Source: an uncultured delta proteobacterium (GTDB lineage: Bacteria > Desulfobacterota > Desulfobulbia > Desulfobulbales > JAGXFP01). From it: a DNA stretch of 64,000 nt. The position numbers and the translations under genes are program-made. Where the stretch lies: contig CAWEAD010000005.1 of assembly GCA_963807225.1 (NCBI GenBank), forward strand, positions 646,893 to 710,892. Direction: 5' to 3'. This document shows, in pieces, positions 54,560 to 63,714 of the stretch (position 1 is its first letter; each line of letters opens with the position of its first letter). The notes beneath the pieces were generated by a model. It did no database searches, was not told where the DNA came from, and saw only the letters and a list, made by a program, of their open reading frames with translations.

Positions 54560-54745
54560 GAGTTCCAGTCCGTCATTTATTTTCTCCCAGGCAGGTCTTC
54601 TGACTCCCGGCTCAGCCTGCGGTCGCGCCTTCCCATCCTCGTTTGGACAGTGGCACCGTGCGACTGCAGTCCCCGGTTACAGCGGCGGGCCCGTCCCCGA
54701 TTTGCGCGGGGTTCCCTTTTCAACTCTGATGAGTACCTGGAGGAT
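54560..54745 (-). promoter_or_regulatory. Cobalamin (B12) riboswitch aptamer
   Basis: The minus strand reads AAAAGGGAACCCCGCGCAAATCGGGGACGGGCCCGCCGCTGTAACCGGGGAC...GGTGCCACTGTCC...GGGAAGGCG...GGAGTCAGAAGACCTGCC. The B12 box is the reverse complement of 54590-54607. Confidence 0.85.
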
Positions 54746-54748
54746 TTG

Positions 54749-54777
54749 TAATTATTAAGCCGACTGACTTATGTCAA
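54749..54777 (-). promoter_or_regulatory. Candidate sigma70-type promoter for the riboswitch-cob transcript
   Basis: On the minus strand a perfect TTGACA (54772-54777) is followed 15-17 nt later by an A/T hexamer (AATAAT/ATAATT/TAATTA, 54749-54756). The -10 register is ambiguous. Confidence 0.35.
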
Positions 54778-54840
54778 TGTTTTTCGTTTCAGCCTCGGCT
54801 AGAGTGGCTACAATGCGAATTTTCGATTGAGGTGAGAGCG

Positions 54841-55860
54841 ATGTGCCCTGAAAAAACCAAACCCGCCACCGGTTCCCGGCCCGAGCTGCACCGCCTGCGC
54901 TGGCTGGTGCAGTCCGCCTTCGCCCTCTTCTGCCTGTACAGCGGCTTCCGCTTCTACCAATTCTACCAGTGGACCCAAAACCAGTCCGCCACCTATGTGC
55001 CCCGGCCCCCGTCGGTGGAGGGCTTTCTGCCGATCGGCGCCCTGGTAAGCCTGAAGCGCTTGCTGCTGACCGGGGTTTACGACCCGATCCATCCGGCCGG
55101 CTTGACCATCTTCCTGGCCGCCCTGGCGATCGCCATCCTTTTCCGCAAGGGTTTCTGCGGCTGGATTTGCCCGGTGGGCTTCGCCTCGAATCTGGTCGAA
55201 AGGCTGAGCCGCAAACTGAAACTCCTGCGCCGGCCGCCCCTCTGGCTCGACTACCCCCTGCTCAGCCTAAAATACCTGCTGCTGGGCTTCTTCGCCTACC
55301 TGATCCTGCTAAAGATGGATATCCAATCCATCGAAGCATTCAGCCAGGCGCCCTATAATCTGGCGGTCGATGCCCGGATGCTGCTCTTCTTCCTGGAGCC
55401 GAGCGCCACCACCATCTGGGTGCTTGGCGGCCTGCTGGCCGCCTCCTTGGTGCTGCGGAATTTCTGGTGCCGTTATCTCTGCCCTTACGGGGCGCTGCTG
55501 GGAATTTTGGCCTGGTTCGGCCCGGCTAAAATCAGGCGGGATCAAGATACCTGCATCAACTGTAAGAGATGTGAAAAGAGTTGCCCCGGTTCGATCCGGG
55601 TGGCGGAGAAAGAAATCGTCCACAGCCCGGAATGTTTGGGTTGCCTCGAATGCGTCGCCGCCTGCCCGGTCAAGGATTGCCTGCAGTTAACCGCCTACGG
55701 GCGTCGGGCCTTGCCTGCCCTGCTCTTACCCCTGGGCGTGGTCGGAATATTCCTTTTCTTCTGGGCCGTGGCGGCGGCCACCGGTCACTGGCATTCGGCG
55801 GTGCCGCCGGAAATGCTCAAGAAATATTATCTGCTCGCCAGGGATCTCACCCATCTTTAA
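54841..55860 (+). CDS. NapH/MauN-like membrane-bound 4Fe-4S polyferredoxin
   Basis: Has TM helices with the CGWICP and CRYLCPYG motifs, then CINCKRCEKSCP and CLGCLECVAACP. ATG 54841, after GAGGTGA, is preferred over GTG 54832. Confidence 0.75.
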   Translation: MCPEKTKPATGSRPELHRLRWLVQSAFALFCLYSGFRFYQFYQWTQNQSATYVPRPPSVEGFLPIGALVSLKRLLLTGVYDPIHPAGLTIFLAALAIAILFRKGFCGWICPVGFASNLVERLSRKLKLLRRPPLWLDYPLLSLKYLLLGFFAYLILLKMDIQSIEAFSQAPYNLAVDARMLLFFLEPSATTIWVLGGLLAASLVLRNFWCRYLCPYGALLGILAWFGPAKIRRDQDTCINCKRCEKSCPGSIRVAEKEIVHSPECLGCLECVAACPVKDCLQLTAYGRRALPALLLPLGVVGIFLFFWAVAAATGHWHSAVPPEMLKKYYLLARDLTHL

Positions 55861-56066
55861 GCGGTATGCGCATGCTCATGCGCCACGCTGGTATCCGCCG
55901 GCTGATGGGGCTCGGGGTGAGGATGCGGATGATCGTGCGTGGTATTCCCATGCGTATGTTGATGGGAGTGAATGATAACCTCGCCACTGCCGCCGCATCT
56001 TACACAGTTCTGGCTGCTGATCTTGCCGGTTCCCCGACATTCGGGACATTCTTCGATATTTTTCAT
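55857..56066 (-). CDS. 69-aa His-rich protein with a DnaJ-type CxxCxGxG zinc finger
   Basis: Reads MKNIEECPECRGTGKISSQNCVRCGGSGEVIIHSHQHTHGNTTHDHPHPHPEPHQPADTSVAHEHAHTA. ATG 56066 lies 5 nt after GGGAGGA. The 3' end overlaps the convergent gene by 4 nt. Confidence 0.6.
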   Translation of the reverse strand: MKNIEECPECRGTGKISSQNCVRCGGSGEVIIHSHQHTHGNTTHDHPHPHPEPHQPADTSVAHEHAHTA

Positions 56067-56260
56067 TTGATCCTCCCGGGCTGCTCCGTAGCTCAACCCA
56101 ACCCATTGTTTATGATCCTCATGATTATAAAATATATTGCCTCATCCCAGGAAGCAACCGCCCAATTGCTCAGCCTTGCCGCGCGGACGGACGGCCCCGG
56201 TTTGTTGGTTCGAAGAGCGCGGCTTCGGTCATGGCGAATCGCGCCTTGGGGCTGTTCGGT

Positions 56261-57124
56261 TCAAACTTGTTGAAAGGCGGCCAGCAGGTCGGACAGGGAG
56301 GAGATTTCGACCGGATCGAGGCCCAGCTGGAGGGCTGCAGCCCGATAGGCCAACAGGGGTCTGGCGCCCCGATCCCGAAGGATGGCCAGGGAGAGAGCGT
56401 TATCGGACTTGGAGAGCTTGCGGCCGTCGTCGCCGGGCAGCAGGGGGTGGTGGATAAAGTCCGCTCGGGCAAAGTCCTGCCTTTCCAGGCAGGCGGCCAG
56501 AAAGAGCTGGGCGGCGGTGGAGAGACGCAGGTCTTCGCCCCGGACGATCAGATTGATCCGATCGTCGAGGTCATCCACCAGACTGGCCAGCTGGTAGGCC
56601 GGCAGGTCGTCCCGCCGCCAGATCACGAAGTCGCCCAGCTGCCGATCCAGGGGAATGGCCCGGCGGCCGACCTCCACCAAGGTGCCCTGGTCCACCGCGA
56701 TCCTCATGGCGTGGGCTTCGGCGGGACGATGTCCTTTCCCGCGGCAGGTGCCGGGATAGAGGCCGCTGCCGGATCCCTGCCGGATCTCTTTTCGGGAACA
56801 GGTACAGGCAAATACCCGAGCCTTCGCCGCCAGCAGTTCAGCGGTTTCCCGGTAACGTTCCAGGCGCAGGTGCTGGGAATGACGATGTCTGAAATCGTCG
56901 GGACCGGCGGGGCCTTCGTCCCAGTCCAGCCCCAGCCAATCGAGCTGGCGGAAGATATCCTCGATATACTCCGGACGGCAGCGGTCGCTGTCCAGGTCGT
57001 CGATCCGCAGTTTGAGGCTGCCGCCCCCCTGGCGCACCAAAAGCCAGGTGCGGATAAAGTTGACGGCGTTGCCCAGATGCAGATAACCGCTGGGCGTCGG
57101 GGCCAGGCGGGAACGGATTTGCAT
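56261..57124 (-). CDS. gluQ: Glutamyl-Q tRNA(Asp) synthetase (truncated GluRS paralogue)
   Basis: 287 aa. Contains PTPSGYLHLGNA (HIGH-like) and KLSKS, and lacks an anticodon-binding domain. Confidence 0.85.
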   Translation of the reverse strand: MQIRSRLAPTPSGYLHLGNAVNFIRTWLLVRQGGGSLKLRIDDLDSDRCRPEYIEDIFRQLDWLGLDWDEGPAGPDDFRHRHSQHLRLERYRETAELLAAKARVFACTCSRKEIRQGSGSGLYPGTCRGKGHRPAEAHAMRIAVDQGTLVEVGRRAIPLDRQLGDFVIWRRDDLPAYQLASLVDDLDDRINLIVRGEDLRLSTAAQLFLAACLERQDFARADFIHHPLLPGDDGRKLSKSDNALSLAILRDRGARPLLAYRAAALQLGLDPVEISSLSDLLAAFQQV

Positions 57125-57131
57125 CCCCGGT

Positions 57132-58817
57132 TTACGCCCTGGTCAAGTGCCGGTACCTGATGCGGTGCGGCTGGTCGGCTTCGTGACCCAACCGGGCCTT
57201 ACGGTCGGCTTCGTACTCCGAGTAGTTGCCGTCGAACCAGACTACCTTGCTGTCGCCCTCGAAGGCCAGCATATGGGTGGCGATCCGGTCCAGGAACCAG
57301 CGATCATGGCTGATCACCACCGCGCAGCCGCCAAATTCCTCCAGCGCTTCTTCCAAGGCCCGCAGGGTGTTGATATCGAGATCGTTGGTCGGCTCGTCCA
57401 GGAGGATGACGTTGGCGCCTTCTTTAAGCATCCGGGCCAGATGGACCCGGTTGCGCTGGCCGCCGGAGAGCAGCCCCACTTTTTGCTGCTGTTCGCTGCC
57501 GGAGAAGTTGAAGCGGGCCACGTAGGCCCGGGAATTGACTTCACGATTGCCCAGGGCGATGGTCTCCTGGCCACCGGTGATCACCTCCCAGATACTCTTA
57601 TCGGGATCAAGGGCCTCGCGACTTTGATCGACATAGGCCAGTTTGACCGAATCGCCGATGATGAAGGTGCCGGCATCGGGTGTTTCCTGACCGGTGATCA
57701 TCTTGAACAGGGTGGTCTTGCCGGCGCCGTTGGGGCCGATTACCCCGACAATGCCGCCGGGCGGCAGGGAGAAGGTCAGATCCTCGAACAGCAGCTTGTC
57801 GCCATAGGATTTTTTAACCTGTTCGGCGATGATCACCTTCTGGCCCAGACGCGGCCCGGGCGGGATGTAGATCTGCAGGTCGCGAATCTTCTCCTGGCTA
57901 TCTTCCTCCAGCAGCTTCTCGTAGGCGGTGATCCGGGCCTTGCCTTTGGCATGGCGGCCCTTGGGACTCATGCGGATCCACTCCAGCTCGCGTTGCATGG
58001 TCTTCTGGCGCTCGGACTCCTGCTTTTCCTCCTGGGCCAGCCGCTTCTGCTTCTGCTCCAGCCAGGAGGAGTAGTTACCCTCCCAGGGAATGCCCCGGCC
58101 GCGATCCAGTTCCAGGATCCAGCCGGCCACGTTGTCGAGGAAATAGCGGTCATGGGTGACGGCGATGACCGTACCCTCGTAGCGTTTGAGGTGCTGTTCC
58201 AGCCAGGAGACGGTTTCGGCGTCCAGATGGTTGGTGGGTTCGTCCAGGAGCAGGATGTCCGGTTTCTGCAGGAGCAGACGGCAGAGGGCCACCCGCCTTT
58301 TCTCGCCACCGGAGAGGATCTTGATCATGGTCTCGCCGGGCGGGCAGCGCAGGGCATCCATGGCCATCTCCAGGCGGGAGTCGAGGTCCCAGGCGTCCAG
58401 GTTGTCGAGCTTCTCCTGGACCTTGGCCTGCCGGTCGATCAGTGCGTTCATCTCGTCGTCGGACATCGGCTCGCCGAACTTCTCGTTGATCCGGTTGAAC
58501 TCGTTGACCAGATCGACGGTTTCCTGCACCCCTTCCTCGACCACCTGGCGCACGGTCTTATCACTGTCCAGCAGCGGCTCCTGTTCCAGGTAGCCGATGG
58601 TATAGCCGGGCGACAAATGGATCTCGCCGTTGAACTCCTTATCGACCCCGGCCAGGATCTTCAGGAGCGAACTCTTGCCCGAACCATTCAGACCCAGGAC
58701 CCCGATCTTCGCCCCGTAAAAGTAGGAGAGTGAAATGTTCTCCAGCACCGGTTTCTTGTTGAAAAACTTGCTGACCCGAATCATCGAGTAAATAATCTTA
58801 TTGCCTTCCGTAGCCAT
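57132..58817 (-). CDS. ettA: Energy-dependent translational throttle protein EttA (ABC-F)
   Basis: 561 aa with two ABC cassettes (GLNGSGKSS, GPNGAGKTT) and the EttA-like N-terminus IIYSMIRVSKFF. Confidence 0.9.
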   Translation of the reverse strand: MATEGNKIIYSMIRVSKFFNKKPVLENISLSYFYGAKIGVLGLNGSGKSSLLKILAGVDKEFNGEIHLSPGYTIGYLEQEPLLDSDKTVRQVVEEGVQETVDLVNEFNRINEKFGEPMSDDEMNALIDRQAKVQEKLDNLDAWDLDSRLEMAMDALRCPPGETMIKILSGGEKRRVALCRLLLQKPDILLLDEPTNHLDAETVSWLEQHLKRYEGTVIAVTHDRYFLDNVAGWILELDRGRGIPWEGNYSSWLEQKQKRLAQEEKQESERQKTMQRELEWIRMSPKGRHAKGKARITAYEKLLEEDSQEKIRDLQIYIPPGPRLGQKVIIAEQVKKSYGDKLLFEDLTFSLPPGGIVGVIGPNGAGKTTLFKMITGQETPDAGTFIIGDSVKLAYVDQSREALDPDKSIWEVITGGQETIALGNREVNSRAYVARFNFSGSEQQQKVGLLSGGQRNRVHLARMLKEGANVILLDEPTNDLDINTLRALEEALEEFGGCAVVISHDRWFLDRIATHMLAFEGDSKVVWFDGNYSEYEADRKARLGHEADQPHRIRYRHLTRA

Positions 58818-59164
58818 GGCCCATCCTTGTCTTGCTGGTGTTTTGGTGCCCGACCAAGCGCACCTGGAGTTGACAGAGAGATATTAGAGAAGAGTGGTGC
58901 TTGTCAATATTTAACTGGAGACCCGGCAAAGACAAGCGCCCGTCACCTCCGGTCGTAGGCTGATCTTGCCCTGCCGATTTCCGTATGCGGCTCAAGAGTT
59001 TAGAATAACCATTAATCGCCAAAACGGTCCATCCACTACCAGTTGCAAGTATAATAACGGTCGAGCACCGCTTGAAAATTATTGTTTTCATGGGTTTTTA
59101 TCATTACATTGCGCAAATAATATGAACTTAAGGCCGGCAACAAAGTTTCATCCCGGGAATCCAA

Positions 59165-60205
59165 ATGAACGAAATCAGCAAACATGAAGAACTGGTCGAA
59201 CGTTACCGCCGGGAAGGCAATACCAAGGAAGCCATTTCTTCCCTGCTCTTCCTGATCACCAACTATGCCCAGAAACACGACTATGCCACCGCCGAAACCC
59301 TGAGGGAGAAGATCATCTCCTTTGATCCTATGGCCCTGAGCGAAGCCATCCGGGCTCAGGAGATCATCGACACCGCCCGCCTCAAACCCCATGACCGTGG
59401 GCACATGGACGTTTGGACGGCTCTCTACGATCAGTTGAACGTCGACGAGGCCAACACCATGTACACCGGCATGGAGGAAGTTGTCTTCCGCCCCGGCCAG
59501 GTCATCTTCGAACAGGGCGCCTCGAACCACAACCTCTATTTTATCGATTCCGGCCAGGCTAAACACCTATATACCCATGGCGATCGCGAAATATTCATCA
59601 AACGAGTTACGGCCGGCAACGTCGCCGGCGAGGACACCTTCTTCAATACCTCGCATTGTACCAGCACCCTGGTGGCCATCGACAAAGTTAAGGCCCATTT
59701 TATTGCCAAAGAAGTCCTGAACCTCTGGCACACTGCCATGCCCTCACTGGAAGTCAAACTGAGAACCTTCTGCGCCAAGGAAGAAAAGATCAAGGACCTG
59801 CTGAAAAGAAACTCCATGGACCGCCGATCCCAGCGTCGGGTAGTCTTCCCGGGCCGGATCCTGATCAAGGTGGTCAATTCCGAAGGGACGCCGGTGGGTA
59901 AAACTATGCAGGGCAGGATCGGTGATGTCTCAACCGGCGGGGTATCATTTTTCATCCAGGCCGTCGACCGGGAACATGCCCAGATGCTCCTGGGCAACAA
60001 ACTTTACCTGCGGTTCAATATGCCGCCCAACATGGCGGTATTAGAACGGATCGGCATGACCCTGGGCGTCAGACACCACGCCGAGGTCGAAGACATGATG
60101 GAGCAATTCTCGGTGCACATAAAATTCGATCAGAGTCTGAACGAAAAAAATATCAGCGAAACCGAACGTTACCTGAAGCTGACCGGCAAGGTCATGCGGA
60201 AATAG
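59165..60205 (+). CDS. Cyclic-nucleotide-binding-domain / PilZ-domain protein
   Basis: 346 aa. The cNMP-binding fold contains FRPGQVIFEQGASNHNLYFIDSGQAK...AGEDTFF. The C-terminal PilZ domain has RRSQRR and DVSTGG. Confidence 0.7.
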   Translation: MNEISKHEELVERYRREGNTKEAISSLLFLITNYAQKHDYATAETLREKIISFDPMALSEAIRAQEIIDTARLKPHDRGHMDVWTALYDQLNVDEANTMYTGMEEVVFRPGQVIFEQGASNHNLYFIDSGQAKHLYTHGDREIFIKRVTAGNVAGEDTFFNTSHCTSTLVAIDKVKAHFIAKEVLNLWHTAMPSLEVKLRTFCAKEEKIKDLLKRNSMDRRSQRRVVFPGRILIKVVNSEGTPVGKTMQGRIGDVSTGGVSFFIQAVDREHAQMLLGNKLYLRFNMPPNMAVLERIGMTLGVRHHAEVEDMMEQFSVHIKFDQSLNEKNISETERYLKLTGKVMRK

Positions 60206-60223
60206 AACCTTTTTGCAACGCCA

Positions 60224-61417
60224 TCAAGCCATCGCAGTCTTCAGTCGCCCGACAACCCTTCGCATCTCCCTCCGCCCCAGGGCCTGGTTCCCGTCGACCC
60301 CGAACACGGCCAGAATCAGGCTGTCTACTTCACCCGTCCTGCCGCTGCAACCCATTAGCAGAGTTTCACTTCGCGTTCCCAGCACCGCTTCATGACAGGA
60401 ATCCAGACCTATTTTGGCAGAGGCCTCCCTGGTGCTGTTGAAGAAATCTTTCAACGTGGCCCCGACCAGACGCAGATCAATGCTGCTGTTAATGGCATCC
60501 TGGGCCAGGATCTCACCGCCGGCAGAGAGTATCGCCGCAGCCCGATATCCCATGATTTCTTTGAATCCCTTGAGCAGGTCGGCCACGGGCTCAGGCTCAG
60601 CTGCGCCTTTAACCGCGGCAGCTTGACCGGTGCCAACCGGTACGGCCTCCGCCCCGGACTCGACTATTTCTCCATCCGGCAGCCCCTCGCCGGATGAATC
60701 ACCGGCCCCGGCGACGCCGACCGTATTCTGCTCATCCGCCCGCCGCGCCCCTTCCATCAGCATAGAGACATAAGGCAGGGAAATCGTCCTTTCAGGCAGT
60801 TCGGCGATGTTGACGGTGTCCAGATGGCCGTGGGCAAAGGAGACGATTTCATAAAAGGCCTCTGCCCCTTCCAGTTCGTCGCATATGGCGTGAATGATTT
60901 CCCCGTTCTGGAAGAAGATGATCCCCTGCCGTTCCTCTTCGGTGACCCGCAAGGCGGCGGTTACCCCGGACATGCATTTGATCTGGATCACATCGCTCAG
61001 GCTGATGCCGGTCAGCATCCCCCGGAACTGTTTCGAATCCTGCAGGACCGTCATGACTTTTTCCCGAAGATCCTTGATGTCGAAAGGTTTCTCCAGGACA
61101 TACATGCCGCCTTTAAGCAAGGCCTCCCGCTTGATCTCGGAAGAGAGGAAGGCGGTCATGACAATTACCGAGGTGTAGGGGAAACGGTTCTTGATTTCGA
61201 CCAGCAGGTCAAGGCCGCTCATCCCCGGCATCTTGATGTCGGTGATGACCAGATCGACATTCTCCCTGGCGAGTTTCTCCAGCGCCTCCTCTCCGGAAGA
61301 GGCGGTGATTACCTGAGCATTCAGTTCCTTATTGACCAGAAATTCCTTTAGAGACCAGAGGATATCTTCCTCGTCGTCCACCACCAGAATCTTCTTTACC
61401 GCTGTTTTTTTTGTCAT
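60224..61417 (-). CDS. Response regulator: REC plus DUF4388/PATAN-like domain plus roadblock/LC7-like domain
   Basis: REC contains ILVVDDEEDI...DLVITDIKMPGMSG...K. The PATAN-like part contains LTGISLSDVIQIKCMSGVTAALRV...GIIFFQNGEIIHA...GAEAFYEIVSF. The C-terminal part is paralogous to 62133-62543. Confidence 0.75.
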   Translation of the reverse strand: MTKKTAVKKILVVDDEEDILWSLKEFLVNKELNAQVITASSGEEALEKLARENVDLVITDIKMPGMSGLDLLVEIKNRFPYTSVIVMTAFLSSEIKREALLKGGMYVLEKPFDIKDLREKVMTVLQDSKQFRGMLTGISLSDVIQIKCMSGVTAALRVTEEERQGIIFFQNGEIIHAICDELEGAEAFYEIVSFAHGHLDTVNIAELPERTISLPYVSMLMEGARRADEQNTVGVAGAGDSSGEGLPDGEIVESGAEAVPVGTGQAAAVKGAAEPEPVADLLKGFKEIMGYRAAAILSAGGEILAQDAINSSIDLRLVGATLKDFFNSTREASAKIGLDSCHEAVLGTRSETLLMGCSGRTGEVDSLILAVFGVDGNQALGRREMRRVVGRLKTAMA

Positions 61418-61434
61418 TGTTGTCCCAATAATTT

Positions 61435-62125
61435 CAATTATTCATACCCGACAAATCAATCCGTCTGGAAAAAGAGAAAAAGGTAGTTCCTTCCCGGATC
61501 TCTGATTCCGCATAGATATAAGCACTATGCTCCTTCATAATGCGCATGACGACCGCAACCCCAGGCCGGTGCCGGCAGTCTTGGAGGTGGAGAACGGTTC
61601 GAAGAGTTTCTCCCGCACTTCCGGTACCATACCTTCGCCCGTATCGCGTATGCCGATCACCAGACAGGATACGCCGGAGGGGAGATCGGCGAATCTCCGC
61701 TGGTTATATCCACGTCGATCCTTACCGATATTCTCGGCGCCGATCGCAATCATGCCCTGACCTTATAACAGACTCCGGCGCATTCAAAAAGAGGCTGAGA
61801 AAAACCTGTTGCATCTGGTTGGGGTCGACCACGATCAGGGGGTGGAACTTCGCCGAGATAATTATCGATTACATTGGAGTTTTTTCGGATCTGTGCCTGC
61901 AACAGGATAATGACCTGCGCGATTATCTTCCCTATGTCTTAGGATTTTAAATCGGTTTGGGCGGCCTGGCGCAGGTGAAGAAATCGGTCAGCAGGTGATT
62001 CTACCGAAACAGGAAAGATTACTGGAATTTTTCGATGGCCGGGAGCAACAGAAAAATAATACCAGGGCACAAACCGGCCGTTCGGGTTTTGACGGGAGAG
62101 TGAGGCGGAATTGCTTGAGGTCGGA
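61435..62125 (-). pseudogene. Decayed histidine kinase (HisKA plus HATPase_c) with several frameshifts and an in-frame stop
   Basis: The HATPase motifs are spread over three frames: N-box VDPNQMQQVFLSLFLNA, G1 IRDTGEGM, FEPFSTSKTAGTGLGL, then (frame shifted) VVMRIMKEHSAYIYAESEIREGTTFFFS...*. There is a TAA inside ...PKPDLKS*DIGKIIAQV, and the H-box region is only vestigial. Confidence 0.65.
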
Positions 62126-62132
62126 ACCGGTG

Positions 62133-62543
62133 CTATTCGGCCAATTCCTTCATGACCATGGCCAGAAATTTGTCCAGTTCATGCCGGACCAGCGAAAGAT
62201 TGGCCTCGGCTCCCAGGATGACGATCAGGTGAAAGTGCGCCTGGGCATCGATACCGGAACAGCGGATCAGAATGATCCCTTTGGGGGTGTTGATAACAGT
62301 TTCATAGCAGGCCTCAAGTCCAACTCTTTCGGAGGCGTCATGGGCCTGTTCGAAAATATCGTTGAAGGTGGCGCCGACCACATCCAGATCGATTTTCGGA
62401 TCGACGGAATCGCGCACCAGAATCCGACCCTGGAAGGTCAGGACTCCGGAGGCTTTGTAGTCCTTGACTTGCCGCAGGCCGATAATCAGCCTCTTCAAGG
62501 TCTCGGCCTTGATGGTCTTTTTCCTGGCCACCTGGTCCCCCAT
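62133..62543 (-). CDS. Stand-alone roadblock/LC7-like domain protein
   Basis: IDLDVVGATFNDIFEQAHDASERVGLEACYETVINTPKGIILIRCSG aligns with IDLRLVGATLKDFFNSTREASAKIGLDSCHEAVLGTRSETLLMGCSG of the response regulator. ATG 62543 is preferred over TTG 62567. Confidence 0.6.
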   Translation of the reverse strand: MGDQVARKKTIKAETLKRLIIGLRQVKDYKASGVLTFQGRILVRDSVDPKIDLDVVGATFNDIFEQAHDASERVGLEACYETVINTPKGIILIRCSGIDAQAHFHLIVILGAEANLSLVRHELDKFLAMVMKELAE

Positions 62544-62820
62544 TCCGCACCCCCTCTTGCCTGACAATCAATTACCCAAACCCGAGCCCTCTGCTCCCGC
62601 CCGGCTGCTCAAGGCTACACAACGAAACATTGAAACATTTGATATATCAGTATGATATTCTCCAGCCGGGTTTTGTTGTCAATGATTAATCCATGCCACC
62701 GACCGGCGACTTCCCGTCATTTAACCCGCCCGGCTAAAGAAATAACGGAAAAATACCGGCTCTTGCCATATTGCCGTCAATCTGGTTATTTGCTGATTTT
62801 AATCATCAGGATAGCAAATC

Positions 62821-63450
62821 ATGCAACTTGACGTACCGATCGTCGGGATTATACGGGGGATATCCGGAGAGTTTTTCCCGGCCTTGATGAGCGCCGCCTT
62901 CGGGGCCGGACTCCAGGCTCTGGAAATTACCATGAATACTCCCGGGGCTCCGGAAATCGTCGCCCGCTGCCGCCCCCTGGTGCCGCCCGGTAAGATGCTG
63001 GGGTTGGGCACCGTCCGCAACCGGCAGGAGGCCAGCCAGGCCCTTGAGGCCGGGGCCATGTTCCTGGTTACTCCAAACACCGATCCCACCGTCATCACCA
63101 TGGCCGTAGAACAGCGGGTACCGGTAATCGCCGGGGCTTTCAGCCCGACCGAAGTTTACACCGCCTGGAGCAGCGGGGCCAGTCTGGTCAAGATCTTTCC
63201 CTGCGGGGCGGTGGGGCCGGAATACATCCGCGAACTGCGCGGCCCGTTCGAACGGATTCCCCTGCTGGCTGTGGGCGGCGTCACTCAAAACAACCTGGCG
63301 CATTATTTCGCGGCCGGGGTTGCCGGAGTCGGGGTGGGCGCCTCCCTTTTCGGGGCAGAAGCCCTGGCCGCTCAAGACCCGGCGGCGGTGGCGGCCAATG
63401 TCGGAAAGTTCATCGCCACCTGGGATGAATGGCGTCGGAAAACCCGGTAA
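62821..63450 (+). CDS. eda: KDPG / 4-hydroxy-2-oxoglutarate aldolase (Eda family)
   Basis: 209 aa. Contains PIVGIIRG, LEITMNTPGA, GLGTVRN, FLVTPN, GAFSPTEV and VKIFP. Confidence 0.8.
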   Translation: MQLDVPIVGIIRGISGEFFPALMSAAFGAGLQALEITMNTPGAPEIVARCRPLVPPGKMLGLGTVRNRQEASQALEAGAMFLVTPNTDPTVITMAVEQRVPVIAGAFSPTEVYTAWSSGASLVKIFPCGAVGPEYIRELRGPFERIPLLAVGGVTQNNLAHYFAAGVAGVGVGASLFGAEALAAQDPAAVAANVGKFIATWDEWRRKTR

Positions 63451-63507
63451 AATTTTGTTCCCATCCGGAAACGAGGCTTTTGGGTTGAGTGCAAGGCGCC
63501 AGGGAGA

Positions 63508-63548
63508 CTGAAAAGCGGAGCGTACTGCCTGGACGTGAGCATTTTCAG
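63508..63548. repeat. Family-F hairpin repeat, second copy
   Basis: Reads CTGAAAAGCGGAGCGTACTGCCTGGACGTGAGCATTTTCAG with outer stem CTGAAAA/TTTTCAG. It shares AAAAGCGGAG and GAGCATTT with 53216-53264. Confidence 0.55.
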
Positions 63549-63714
63549 GCAACTGAGCAACGCGGAAATCGGGGGAAAAGACCGATTCCGGATTAGAACT
63601 ATTTAACGAATCAGCTGATTGGCAAGGTGCCCCGGAACGGGTAGAATGACGCGAGGTCGGGCCTCCGGCCCCTTACAACCGTCACCAGAAATTTCAGATA
63701 TCCGGAGAGAAGCA

